This document shows, one piece after another, positions 46,653-55,947 of a stretch of DNA of 64,000 nucleotides (position 1 is the stretch's first letter; each line of letters starts with the position of its first letter). This stretch comes from an uncultured Clostridia bacterium. Lineage in GTDB: Bacteria > Bacillota > Clostridia > Christensenellales > UBA1242. Made by a program: the position numbers and the translations under genes. The stretch covers positions 164,671 to 228,670 of the forward strand of contig CAKVLQ010000001.1 in assembly GCA_934757845.1 (NCBI GenBank). The letters are read 5' to 3'. Under the pieces are notes generated by a model. It was not told the origin of the DNA and ran no database searches. It saw only the letters and a list, made by a program, of their open reading frames with translations.

Positions 46653-47873
46653 ATGAGCATATTTAAACATAAAAAATTTGTTTTTGCCATTTTATTTGTT
46701 TTGCTGGCGCTTTCTTTTTTGCCTTATATTGCACAAAGTTTAACAAATATAAATAATGAACTTACTTATGCAAGTTTAAGTGATATTGACTATGCCATAA
46801 AAAACAAAACTTTTGGAAATTTATGGACATTAAGTTACGGAAAAAATCTTCAAGCACAAAGTGGAGATAACTTAATTAAGGTTGATTTAAAGTTTTTGAA
46901 TTTAATAACCACAAAAAGTTTTTATGTTAACACAAAAGAAGACACGATTTATGCTGGTGGAAATGCTGTTGGGGTTTATCTTAACACAAAAGGTGTTATT
47001 TTGATGGGTAGCAACAGTATTATTACAAAAGATGGTTTAGTGGACACATTAAAAGATAGCCCACTTCAAGTTGGTGATATTATTTTAAAAATTAACGATG
47101 AAATTATTTATAATATCGACAATATTGTTGAAATTATAAATCGTGAAGAAAACAAAGGAAAACCTGTTAAAATTGTTTATATTCGCAAAAATAAAGAGTA
47201 TGAAACCGAACTTGTGCCAGCCCTAGACGAACAAACAGGCGAATATAAACTTGGAATTTGGGTTAAAAATGATGCAAGTGGAGTTGGAACTTTAACATAT
47301 TGCACCAAAGATGGAAAATTTGGAGCACTTGGGCATTCAATTAATATTGGTGGAACAAAAGATGCTTATGAAATTGATGGTGGAAAACTTTATGCTTCAA
47401 CCATTATTGGTGTAACAAAAGGTAAAAAAGGAAAAGCGGGCGAACTTAAAGGTTTGTTTCTGCAAGGAAAAAATGTTCAAGGAGAAATTTATAAAAATAT
47501 AAGCACAGGTATATATGGAGATATGTGCGAAAATTCATCATTATTTGAAAATGCAAAAACAAGAGAATATAAAATTGGTGGAAGATTTACGGCAAGACCA
47601 GGAAAAGCAAAAATATTGTCTTGTATAAATGGAACAGAAGTTAAAGAATATGATATAGAAATTATAAAAACCAATTATCAAAACACATCAAAAGAAAAAA
47701 GCATGGTAATTAAGATTGTTGATAAAGAACTTTTGGAAAAAACAGGCGGAATAGTTCAAGGAATGAGTGGAAGCCCTATTATTCAAAATGGAAAATTGAT
47801 TGGTGCAGTAACTCATGTTTTTATTAACGACCCTACCAAAGGTTTTGGGCTTTATCTTGATTGGATGCTATAA
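46653..47873 (+). CDS. spoIVB: SpoIVB-type (S55) signalling serine peptidase with PDZ domain
   Basis: N-terminal TM, PDZ (LQVGDIILKINDE), GGIVQGMSGSPIIQNGKLIGAVTHVF catalytic block. Sits in recN-spoIVB-spo0A synteny. Confidence 0.9.
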   Translation: MSIFKHKKFVFAILFVLLALSFLPYIAQSLTNINNELTYASLSDIDYAIKNKTFGNLWTLSYGKNLQAQSGDNLIKVDLKFLNLITTKSFYVNTKEDTIYAGGNAVGVYLNTKGVILMGSNSIITKDGLVDTLKDSPLQVGDIILKINDEIIYNIDNIVEIINREENKGKPVKIVYIRKNKEYETELVPALDEQTGEYKLGIWVKNDASGVGTLTYCTKDGKFGALGHSINIGGTKDAYEIDGGKLYASTIIGVTKGKKGKAGELKGLFLQGKNVQGEIYKNISTGIYGDMCENSSLFENAKTREYKIGGRFTARPGKAKILSCINGTEVKEYDIEIIKTNYQNTSKEKSMVIKIVDKELLEKTGGIVQGMSGSPIIQNGKLIGAVTHVFINDPTKGFGLYLDWML

Positions 47874-47993
47874 AAACATTAATTATTTTTGTAAGAATAT
47901 TGAACATAAGTTTTAATTTTATTCAATATTGGCTCATTTTTGTAAAAAATATGGCAAAATTTTTAAAATATTAAATAATTTTTAAAAAATCAG

Positions 47994-48022
47994 TTGCTTT
48001 TTATTTTCCATTATTGTATAAT
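47994..48022 (+). promoter_or_regulatory. Promoter of the spo0A-like gene
   Basis: TTGCTT (47994-47999), 17-nt spacer, extended -10 TGTATAAT (48015-48022). The listed TTG ORF start at 48014 lies inside the -10 box. Confidence 0.6.
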
Positions 48023-48058
48023 GAAATTACTCAACATACAAAAAGGAAGAAAGTAGTA

Positions 48059-48748
48059 ATGAGTTCAGCAATTTATTTTGCATCAAACGCAAACCCGATT
48101 GATGCAAGAATCGTCCGACGAGTTTGTGAAAACCTGAAATTGACATTGTTGTTTGAAAATGATTTCACAAACTTAATCCACAAGATGGTAAAAACAAACC
48201 CCAAGTTTGTTTTTCTTGATGGGAATGGTCCGGAGGTAGTTTATCTATCAAAACTGCTTGTAGGAGAAATGTATAACAAAACAAAACTTATTTTGATAAG
48301 TGATAATTTTGTGTGCGATAACTCGCAAATTAGTGTTGTGCCTTTAAATAATCTTGAAGATTTTATTTTAAGCCTAAAAGAATATTATTTTGAAGACACT
48401 GAACACAATATGATTAAGGTTGAAGGGAAGATTAAAAGATATTTATTGTCGCTTGGTTTTAATGCAAGTTCAAAAGGCTTTGACTATATTTTTGAGTGCG
48501 TTAATTTAATTATGGAAGACAAGCAATACAAATGTCTAAAAGAGTGTTATAAAATAATAAAGTGCAATTATGAAATTAGCAATGAGAACAATATTGATAG
48601 AGATATGCGTTCGGCAATTTCAAATGCTTATGAACTTAACAAAGACCAATGGAATAGTTCATTTAGCAATATTTTTGATAAAAAGCCAACTTGCAAAAAT
48701 TTTATATGTTTAGTGGCTCATAAACTTATTGAAGATTTAAAAATTTAA
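48059..48748 (+). CDS. spo0A: Spo0A-like regulator with degenerate (pseudo-)receiver domain
   Basis: The C-terminal domain matches Spo0A_C (KGFDYIFECV.., RDMRSAISNAY, KKPTCKNFICLVAHKL). The N-terminal domain lacks the DD pair and the Lys. Confidence 0.8.
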   Translation: MSSAIYFASNANPIDARIVRRVCENLKLTLLFENDFTNLIHKMVKTNPKFVFLDGNGPEVVYLSKLLVGEMYNKTKLILISDNFVCDNSQISVVPLNNLEDFILSLKEYYFEDTEHNMIKVEGKIKRYLLSLGFNASSKGFDYIFECVNLIMEDKQYKCLKECYKIIKCNYEISNENNIDRDMRSAISNAYELNKDQWNSSFSNIFDKKPTCKNFICLVAHKLIEDLKI

Positions 48749-48779
48749 TATTTATTAAATATTTTTAATATAATATTTT

Positions 48780-49379
48780 ATGAACAACTTTTTTAAAAAA
48801 CTAAAAGAAGAATTTGTTAGAATTTATAATTCAAACAAACTTTTTTTGGTTTTTTTATTAATAAGTTTTTTGGTTGGAATTATAATTGCAATAATAAATT
48901 TAATAAGTTTTAAAAGTATAATTTGCTTAAATAATCTTATTGATGTTTGTTTGCTTGGATATTTCAAAAAAAATATAAGTTTGTTTGGCTTTTTTGTTCA
49001 AAAATATTTTTTATGTTTGTTTATATTAATTTTGGTTTTCTTGGTTTGTTCAAACAAATATTCAATTTATCTTCTTTGTGCGTTAACCTTATATTTTGCA
49101 TATCTTATTGTTTTTAATATGGGTGTTATCATTTTGTGCTTTGGCTTTTTTGGTGTGATTTTTGCAATTTTTAACATATTATTAACAAAACTTTGTTTTT
49201 TGTTGTTATGTTTGTTTTTGGGGTTATATTTAAAATCAAATTGCGGGTGCAACTATTTTGCGAATGCAATTAAAAATTATAAGTTTTTGCTAATCATTTG
49301 TTTAATTTTGTTTGTTTTAGTGCTATTAGAGATGATTTTGCTTCCACTTTTAAGTTCAACTTTCATAATTATTTTTTAG
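48780..49379 (+). CDS. Polytopic membrane protein (199 aa), weakly SpoIIM/DUF95-like
   Basis: About 5 TM helices with a short polar N-terminus, as in SpoIIM. Similarity judged by eye only. Confidence 0.5.
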   Translation: MNNFFKKLKEEFVRIYNSNKLFLVFLLISFLVGIIIAIINLISFKSIICLNNLIDVCLLGYFKKNISLFGFFVQKYFLCLFILILVFLVCSNKYSIYLLCALTLYFAYLIVFNMGVIILCFGFFGVIFAIFNILLTKLCFLLLCLFLGLYLKSNCGCNYFANAIKNYKFLLIICLILFVLVLLEMILLPLLSSTFIIIF

Positions 49380-49426
49380 ATGAATAATTTTTATATTTTT
49401 TCAAAAGATAAATCAAAGAGGTAATT

Positions 49427-50587
49427 ATGAAAAAAAGAATTTTATGTTTATGTTTAATTTTAATTTCGGTTTTAATGATGGTTTCAACAAAACCAATTTT
49501 GGTTAATGCCGAAAATCAAAACTTTGATGCAAAAGCCTATATTTTGGTTGATTATAACAGCGGGGAAGTTTTGCTTAATAAAAACGAAGAAGAACATCTT
49601 GAAATTGCAAGTATGGTAAAACTTATGACAAGTTTATTAACCCTTGAAAAAATTGATGCTGGCGAACTTTCACTTGACCAAAAACTTATGGTAAGTGAGC
49701 ACGCCGCAAGTCAAGAAGGCTCTCAAGCATTTTTGGACGCAAATCATGAATACACAGTTGAAGAACTTTTGAAAAGTGTGATTATTGCTTCAGCAAATGA
49801 TTCAAGTGTTGTTTTGGCAGAAGCGATTGGTGGAAGTGAAGAAGGCTTTGTTAATTTAATGAACGCAAAAGCAAAAGAACTTGGGCTTGAAAACACACTT
49901 TATGCAAACGCAACAGGGCTTCCAAGTGAAAGCACTCAATATTCATGTGCAAAAGATGTTGCTAAACTATTAAAAGAAGAAATAAAACACAAATTATATT
50001 TCAAATATTCAAATGTGTGGATAGATGAAATTATTCATGCAAGTGGAAGAAGAACTGAACTTGTTAACACAAATATTTTAATCCGAAAATATAACGGCGT
50101 TGATATTGGTAAAACAGGATTTACTGATGAAGCGGGTTATTGCTTATCGGCTTCATGCAACAAAAACAATTTGAGATTAATTTCGGTTGTTATTGGAACA
50201 AAATCTACAAAAGACCGATTTAGCATAACAACAAATTTGTTAAACTATGGCTTTGCAAATTTTGAAAATAAATGCGTATTAAAACAAGCAGATAATCTTG
50301 ACAATATTAGTGTTAAAGGTGCAAAACAAAAAGAAATTGAAATTGAATATTCTAATGACTTTTATAACCTAACCAAAAAGGGTGAAAAAGGTGAGTATAA
50401 AACTAAAATAGAAATTAATGAAAATCTTAAAGCCCCACTAAAACAAGGCGATGTTGTTGGAAAAGTTTATGTGGTTAAAGATGGTGTTGTTATTGGTGAA
50501 GTTAATATTGTTTCAAAAAATGATGTATCAAAATCAACTTATAAAGATAGTTTAAACAAAGTTATTGATAACTTTTCAATAAACTAA
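49427..50587 (+). CDS. Serine-type D-Ala-D-Ala carboxypeptidase (PBP5/DacB/DacF class)
   Basis: Signal peptide, SMVKLMT (SxxK), SANDS (SxN) and KTGFT (KTG). Confidence 0.92.
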   Translation: MKKRILCLCLILISVLMMVSTKPILVNAENQNFDAKAYILVDYNSGEVLLNKNEEEHLEIASMVKLMTSLLTLEKIDAGELSLDQKLMVSEHAASQEGSQAFLDANHEYTVEELLKSVIIASANDSSVVLAEAIGGSEEGFVNLMNAKAKELGLENTLYANATGLPSESTQYSCAKDVAKLLKEEIKHKLYFKYSNVWIDEIIHASGRRTELVNTNILIRKYNGVDIGKTGFTDEAGYCLSASCNKNNLRLISVVIGTKSTKDRFSITTNLLNYGFANFENKCVLKQADNLDNISVKGAKQKEIEIEYSNDFYNLTKKGEKGEYKTKIEINENLKAPLKQGDVVGKVYVVKDGVVIGEVNIVSKNDVSKSTYKDSLNKVIDNFSIN

Positions 50588-50647
50588 TATAAAAATAAAA
50601 AGGCAGCCGCTCAAAGCGGTTGTTTTTTATAAATGTGGCATAAAATG

Positions 50648-50676
50648 TTGACAAGGCTATTTTATTTATGTATACT
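50648..50676 (+). promoter_or_regulatory. Consensus sigma-A promoter of tRNA-Trp
   Basis: TTGACA (50648-50653), 17-nt spacer, TATACT (50671-50676). Confidence 0.75.
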
Positions 50677-50691
50677 ATTATAGTAATTTTT

Positions 50692-50767
50692 AGGCGAATA
50701 GCTCAGTTGGTAGAGTCGCGGTCTCCAAAACCGTTGGTCGTGGGTTCGAGTCCTACTTCGCCTGCCA
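50692..50767 (+). tRNA. trnW: tRNA-Trp (anticodon CCA), CCA end encoded
   Basis: Cloverleaf by hand: acceptor AGGCGAA/TTCGCCT, D-loop AGCTCAGTTGGTAGAGT, anticodon loop CTCCAAA (CCA at 50725-50727), T-arm GTGGG-TTCGAGT-CCTAC, discriminator G, CCA. Confidence 0.92.
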
Positions 50768-50770
50768 AGA

Positions 50771-50797
50771 AAAACAGCCGCTTGTGGGCTGTTTTTT
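50771..50797 (+). terminator. Rho-independent terminator after tRNA-Trp
   Basis: AACAGCC-GCTTGTG-GGCTGTT plus TTTT. Confidence 0.85.
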
Positions 50798-50886
50798 CGT
50801 CTTGCCCGCTTGCAGGACTCGGGCAATGCTCCGCATACAATTTCTGCGAAATTAACCCACGACTTCTTCCTTAGGCTTTGAATAAA

Positions 50887-50898
50887 TCCTACTTCGCC
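50887..50898 (+). repeat. Direct duplicate of the tRNA-Trp 3' end (TCCTACTTCGCC)
   Basis: Identical 12-mer at 50751-50762 (T-arm/acceptor) and 50887-50898. The neighbouring AACCCACGAC (50854-50863) is the reverse complement of tRNA 50737-50746. Confidence 0.75.
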
Positions 50899-51005
50899 AG
50901 CATTGCAATTATAAATCATTAAAATTCATATTCTAATAAAAAGATGTGAGCATTTTTTTATTTTTTAAATTTTTATAAACATTTTGCAATTTTTTCTAAA
51001 ACGAG

Positions 51006-51033
51006 CAAAAGTTGTATCAAAAGTTGTATCAAA
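51006..51033. repeat. Tandem 12-bp repeat CAAAAGTTGTAT, 2.3 copies
   Basis: Read directly in a non-coding stretch. Confidence 0.85.
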
Positions 51034-51054
51034 TTTATTGTATATAAATTCAAT

Positions 51055-51085
51055 GAAAAAACAGCCTTAAATAGGCTGTTTTTTA
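51055..51085. terminator. Bidirectional terminator downstream of the 944-aa membrane protein gene
   Basis: A-run, ACAGCCT-TAAAT-AGGCTGT, T-run. Confidence 0.85.
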
Positions 51086-51134
51086 TTTTGTACAAAACTA
51101 TTCTTTCAATCTATAAAACTATTTATAATGGCGA

Positions 51135-53969
51135 TTAAGCACTTGGAATCAAATCTTTAAGACCATTTAAAATGTTTTTGTAAGTGTTGTCATCAACAAC
51201 AGATGTGCTTGAACTTAAGTTGTCTTTTTGCTCGCTTATATAGTTTTCAACATTTAATTGAATAATGTCATTTGGAAGACTGCTTATATCAATTTCGTCA
51301 AGCATATTGCTTAAAATTTCATTTGTGAAACTTACAGGGAATGAGCCAGTGTTTTTAACAGCATTCAAACTTGAACTTAAAGCGGCAATATCAATATTTG
51401 CAATATTAGAAGTATCCATATCTTTAAGTTTGTTCATTTGAACATTTATAACTTCCATACTATCATATAATTTTGAAATAGTGTTATTTTCAATAATATA
51501 ATCTTTTGCGTTTTCAAGAGCAGTTTTAATACCGTGTTCGGTTGTCATATCAACTATTGATTTTTCAATAGCATAGGTTATAGCGCCTTTTTCAACACAA
51601 TCGGTTAAAGTTTCGGTTGGTTTTCGATTGTTAAGTCTATAAATTATGTTTTCATATAGCAATGCGTTGTCCGTATCTTGATTTTTTGCAATAGTCATAA
51701 TTTCAGTTAAAAGTGGTTGCATTTTTTTGCTGTAAATTTTGCTTTTTTCATTTTGTTCAACTTCGTCAAATTTTTGACACATAGCAACCAATTTTTCGGC
51801 GTCTTCTTTGTTGTTTCCAGAAAGAGTAAGGTCTTTAAATTTGAATATTTCTTTAATTAGTGGGCTTAATGCAGTAAGTTCATTTTCCCATTCAACTTTT
51901 GCAAGAGAACCGGTAACAGGTATATCACTATCTTTTATTTTTAAAATTTCAATAGCAGTTTCATAGCCAGTTAAACTTGTTTTTGCTTTATCAAGCACAT
52001 CATTAAATATTGGTCTAATTTCGCTTCCAAATAATGTTGTAAGTTCAAGTTTGTCAAATATTCTTCCAGCAAGAGAAAGGTTTATTGTTTCAATATCAAT
52101 TTCAGATTTGATACTTGGATATAAAGTTTCCAAATCGTCAAAAGCATCAGCGATTTTAGAAAGTTCAGTTTTCCAACTTTCAACTTCGCTTATGTTTTCA
52201 ATAACGCCATTAAGATTGATAATTGATTGATTAGAAGCGTCCAACAATTTGCCTTCAACTGCTTCAATAAAGTCATTATATTGTGTGGTAGTTAAAATTT
52301 CAGGGTCTTTCAAAATATCTAAAATTGTGCCAGCAAAAGGGAAGGTCTCTTTTGAAACATAAAGGTCACTTGTTGGGTTAATGGTTTTTATTGCGTTAAT
52401 TCCGTTTTCAATAATTGTTGAAAAGGTTTGAGATGCTTTTTCTTTTGTTATGTTGTTTGTTGTATAGTTTTTGTTAAGAGCATTAAACATTGCTTCAAGA
52501 CCGCCGTCTATTAATGTTGGGCTCATGTCTTTAACAAAAGTGATAGTTGTTATTTGTGATGCAATCTTGCTGGCAAAATCGGCATTAGATGCTTTAATCA
52601 AATTAATATAATCAACTTCAGTTAGTTTTGTTTCAGCATTAATGTTGTTGTAAACTGGTGTTAAAATGTTGTTATCGTTAACAGTTTTTAAAATGTTAAT
52701 CAAATCTTGCAAAACATTTTTAACAAAACTAAAATCATAGTTAGAAATTGTAACCAAGGCTTGGGAAACAATTAAATTTTTAACCTCGTCTTTTGTAATT
52801 TCGTCAGGAAGTTTAACAGGGAAATCTGGGTCGTTTAAAATGCTGTCAACAAATATAGGAAGAACAGTGTTTCCAACAGCGTTTAAAAATTTAACTTCAA
52901 AAATTGTGTTAACAGTTTTGTCGGCTTTGTTTAAAACATCTGTCATTTCTTCTTTTGTTAAGGTTTGTTTGTTTAAAGTGTTATAAATGTCATAGCAATC
53001 GGCATACACATTCATAACGGTTTCAAGGTCGCTTAAAAGTTTAACTTCTTGTCCGTTAATTTTTGTTTTTGTAAGTTGGTTAAACGCGCCTTTTCCAATC
53101 GCTTCCATTCCAATGCATCTAGTAACATTAACAGCCACATTGTTTTTATAAGCACTTGTTATCATTTGGCTTGTTTCTTTGCCAAACAAACTTTCAAGAA
53201 GTGATTGACTGTTTTGATTTGCACTTTCATCATCGGCATAAAGCATAATTGAAACAGTGCCTGTAGTGCCGTCAACCTTAATTTCGTCAAGTTTTATAAT
53301 TGCACTTCCAAACCCAAAGAAAGGAATTAAAGTTGCAAAAACGGCGATTAATCCAATAACAAGACCGCAAGCCATTCCAGCCAAACGATGTTTTTTAGGC
53401 TTTTGTTTTCTTGATTGTTCAAACTGCGATTTTATTTGAGCACTGGTTTCAGGGTTAAGTTTGTCAAGGGCAGGATTAATTTTTTGTTCAAGCATTTTTT
53501 GATTTTTAACTTTGTTGTTTTGTTTGCTTTTGTTAACGCAAAAAATAATAAGATTGATTGGAAGAGAAATAATAAACACAACAATCTTGATAGTCCAAAA
53601 AAGTGCAAGGAAAATAAAAGGCGATGCCAATAAACTTGGAAGAGTTAAAATAACATCTTTAATTTCTGGGTGATTTGTTATTGCGTTTGCAATTTCAGGA
53701 TTTGCCTCAATTTGAGCAACAATATAATCTCCAAGAGTGGCACAAACCGATCCGTTTGCTTGCAAATTTAAGTTTGTAATGTCATATTGCAAAACAAGTG
53801 TGGTTAAAGAACTGGTAACCAACACAAGCACAATAACAAGCACAAGGTTATAAATTCCGCTTGCTAAACTTTTCTTAAAGCCAACAATAAGCCCATACAA
53901 AACGCCAATAACCACAAAGGCAAGGCAAGCAAGGCTTAAAATCAAACTTATTAAATTAACTGTTTCCAT
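51135..53969 (-). CDS. Large membrane protein (944 aa): CvpA-like N-terminal TM bundle plus ~700-aa helical domain
   Basis: The N-terminus METVNLISLILSLACLAFVVIGVLYGLIVGFKKSL resembles the CvpA family. Further TMs and a Lys-rich linker follow. No other motif recognised. Confidence 0.7.
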   Translation of the reverse strand: METVNLISLILSLACLAFVVIGVLYGLIVGFKKSLASGIYNLVLVIVLVLVTSSLTTLVLQYDITNLNLQANGSVCATLGDYIVAQIEANPEIANAITNHPEIKDVILTLPSLLASPFIFLALFWTIKIVVFIISLPINLIIFCVNKSKQNNKVKNQKMLEQKINPALDKLNPETSAQIKSQFEQSRKQKPKKHRLAGMACGLVIGLIAVFATLIPFFGFGSAIIKLDEIKVDGTTGTVSIMLYADDESANQNSQSLLESLFGKETSQMITSAYKNNVAVNVTRCIGMEAIGKGAFNQLTKTKINGQEVKLLSDLETVMNVYADCYDIYNTLNKQTLTKEEMTDVLNKADKTVNTIFEVKFLNAVGNTVLPIFVDSILNDPDFPVKLPDEITKDEVKNLIVSQALVTISNYDFSFVKNVLQDLINILKTVNDNNILTPVYNNINAETKLTEVDYINLIKASNADFASKIASQITTITFVKDMSPTLIDGGLEAMFNALNKNYTTNNITKEKASQTFSTIIENGINAIKTINPTSDLYVSKETFPFAGTILDILKDPEILTTTQYNDFIEAVEGKLLDASNQSIINLNGVIENISEVESWKTELSKIADAFDDLETLYPSIKSEIDIETINLSLAGRIFDKLELTTLFGSEIRPIFNDVLDKAKTSLTGYETAIEILKIKDSDIPVTGSLAKVEWENELTALSPLIKEIFKFKDLTLSGNNKEDAEKLVAMCQKFDEVEQNEKSKIYSKKMQPLLTEIMTIAKNQDTDNALLYENIIYRLNNRKPTETLTDCVEKGAITYAIEKSIVDMTTEHGIKTALENAKDYIIENNTISKLYDSMEVINVQMNKLKDMDTSNIANIDIAALSSSLNAVKNTGSFPVSFTNEILSNMLDEIDISSLPNDIIQLNVENYISEQKDNLSSSTSVVDDNTYKNILNGLKDLIPSA

Positions 53970-54114
53970 AAAAACTCCTATAATAATTTTTACCTAAATT
54001 TATAGTATTATAACAAATAAACCTTTAAATTAAAAACGAAATTAACTTAAAATTCAAAAAAATGAAGATTAACAAAAAAGGCATAAAAATTTAGCACAAA
54101 TTTTGATTTTTTGC

Positions 54115-54143
54115 TTGACAAACAAGTTTAATGGTTGTAAAAT
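54115..54143 (+). promoter_or_regulatory. Promoter of the rplM-rpsI operon
   Basis: TTGACA (54115-54120), 17-nt spacer, TAAAAT (54138-54143). About 65-nt leader before the GGAGG RBS. Confidence 0.7.
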
Positions 54144-54210
54144 AGGCAAGTATAAGTTTATTTTGAATTAGCCCCTTAAAATAGACAATCACAAAAACTT
54201 TGGAGGAATT

Positions 54211-54654
54211 ATGAAATCATATATGGCAAATCCTTCAACAGTGGAAAGAAAATGGTTCGTTATTGACGCAACAAATATCCCAATGGGAAGGTTAGCAAGC
54301 CAAGTTGCAGCAATACTACGAGGCAAAAACAAACCAACATTCACACCACATGTTGACACTGGGGATTATGTTATTATTATCAATAGTGATAATGTAAAAT
54401 TAACAGGAAAGAAACTTGAACAAAAAATGTATCGTCATCACACAGGATACATTGGCAATATGAAAGAAGAAAACTATGCAAAACTTATGAGTGAACGAAG
54501 CGACTTTGCAATCACTCTTGCAGTTAAAGGAATGTTGCCAAAATCAAATATGGGCAGAGAAATGCTAAAACGACTATTTGTTTACAAAGACGCAAACCAT
54601 GGTCATGAAGCACAAAAACCACAAACACTTGTTTTAAAGGAGGCAAACAGATAA
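54211..54654 (+). CDS. rplM: 50S ribosomal protein L13
   Basis: ERKWFVIDA..GRLASQVA..LRGKNKPTFTPHVDTGD. Confidence 0.97.
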   Translation: MKSYMANPSTVERKWFVIDATNIPMGRLASQVAAILRGKNKPTFTPHVDTGDYVIIINSDNVKLTGKKLEQKMYRHHTGYIGNMKEENYAKLMSERSDFAITLAVKGMLPKSNMGREMLKRLFVYKDANHGHEAQKPQTLVLKEANR

Positions 54655-54657
54655 TTT

Positions 54658-55077
54658 ATGGCAGTTACTAAAAAAGCAAAAGAAACAAAAACACTTGCTC
54701 CTTTAAATGTTGGCAGAAGAAAATCTTCTGTTGCTCGTGTTCGTGTAACTAATGGAACAGGCAAAATTGTTATCAACAAAAAAGAACTTAACGAATATTT
54801 TGCGCTAGAAACTTTAAAACAAATTGTTAAACAACCACTTGTATTAACAAACACACTTGACAAAGTTGATGTTTTGGTTAATGTTTATGGCGGTGGATTA
54901 ACAGGTCAAGCAGGTGCAATCCGTCACGGCATTGCAAGAGGTTTGGTTGAACTTGACGAAACTTACAAACCAGAACTTAAAAAAGCAGGCTTCTTAACTC
55001 GTGATGCACGAAAAAAAGAAAGAAAGAAATATGGATTGAAAAAAGCCCGAAAAGCGCCACAATTCAGCAAAAGATAA
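54658..55077 (+). CDS. rpsI: 30S ribosomal protein S9
   Basis: [10 protein letters not shown]...[19 protein letters not shown]...[11 protein letters not shown]. Confidence 0.97.
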   Translation: MAVTKKAKETKTLAPLNVGRRKSSVARVRVTNGTGKIVINKKELNEYFALETLKQIVKQPLVLTNTLDKVDVLVNVYGGGLTGQAGAIRHGIARGLVELDETYKPELKKAGFLTRDARKKERKKYGLKKARKAPQFSKR

Positions 55078-55089
55078 TATTTTGTTATT

Positions 55090-55123
55090 TAAAACAGCAA
55101 TCAAAAACGGTTGCTGTTTTTTG
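55090..55123 (+). terminator. Rho-independent terminator after rpsI
   Basis: ACAGCAA-N10-TTGCTGT plus a T-run. Confidence 0.85.
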
Positions 55124-55165
55124 TTTTATTTTGAAGTTTAAAGCGGGTTCAATATCTTTATTTTC

Positions 55166-55194
55166 TTGACAATTTGATTAAAAAATACTATAAT
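55166..55194 (+). promoter_or_regulatory. Consensus promoter of the fic gene
   Basis: TTGACA (55166-55171), 17-nt spacer, TATAAT (55189-55194). AAGGAG RBS. Confidence 0.75.
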
Positions 55195-55212
55195 AATTCA
55201 AAGGAGTTTTGA

Positions 55213-55947
55213 ATGGAACAAACAAATCATTTGCTTGAAATTTTGCAAGCACAGCAAAAGTCAAAATTAAGTGGCGGAATTTATCACAAAGTGCAAATTG
55301 AATTAACTTTCAATTCAAACCATATTGAAGGAAGCAGACTTTCGGTTGACCAAACAAGATATATTTTTGAAACAAACACGATTGGTGCATCGGATATTCC
55401 AGTTAATGTTGATGATGTTGTTGAAACAGCCAACCATTTTAGGTGTATAGATTTTATAATACAAAATGCAAAACAACCACTTACACAAGATATGATAAAG
55501 CATCTTCATTTTATGTTAAAAACAGGCACTTCAGATAGTCAAAACGATTGGTTTAATGTTGGCGAGTATAAAAAACTTCCAAACGAAGTTGGTGGAAACC
55601 AAACTTGTCCACCAAATTTGGTTGAACAAAAAATGAAAGATTTGCTAAATGAATATAATCAAAATAGCAAAAAATCCCTTGAAGACATTGTTGCTTTTCA
55701 CCATAGTTTTGAGTGTGTTCACCCTTTTCAAGACGGAAATGGGCGTGTGGGCAGACTTATTATGTTTAAAGAGTGTTTAAACAATAACATTGTGCCATTT
55801 GTGATTGACGAAGCGCATAAATTTTTCTATTATCGTGGATTAAAAGAATGGAACAATCAAAAAGGTTTTTTGCTTGACACCTGCTTGTCATGTCAAGACA
55901 CTTTCAAAACTTGGCTAGATTATTTTAATATAAACTATGTGATGTAA
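55213..55947 (+). CDS. fic: Fic-family (AMPylase-type) protein with N-terminal inhibitory motif
   Basis: The active-site HPFQDGNGRVGR fits HxFx(D/E)GNGRxxR. SNHIEG fits the (S/T)xxxE(G/N) auto-inhibition helix (class II layout). Confidence 0.92.
   Translation: MEQTNHLLEILQAQQKSKLSGGIYHKVQIELTFNSNHIEGSRLSVDQTRYIFETNTIGASDIPVNVDDVVETANHFRCIDFIIQNAKQPLTQDMIKHLHFMLKTGTSDSQNDWFNVGEYKKLPNEVGGNQTCPPNLVEQKMKDLLNEYNQNSKKSLEDIVAFHHSFECVHPFQDGNGRVGRLIMFKECLNNNIVPFVIDEAHKFFYYRGLKEWNNQKGFLLDTCLSCQDTFKTWLDYFNINYVM

Noticed and set aside
50662-50919. ORFs of 68 aa (+) and 85 aa (-) overlapping tRNA-Trp
   Set aside because: They are translations of the tRNA gene, its terminator and the GC-rich scar. There is no RBS.
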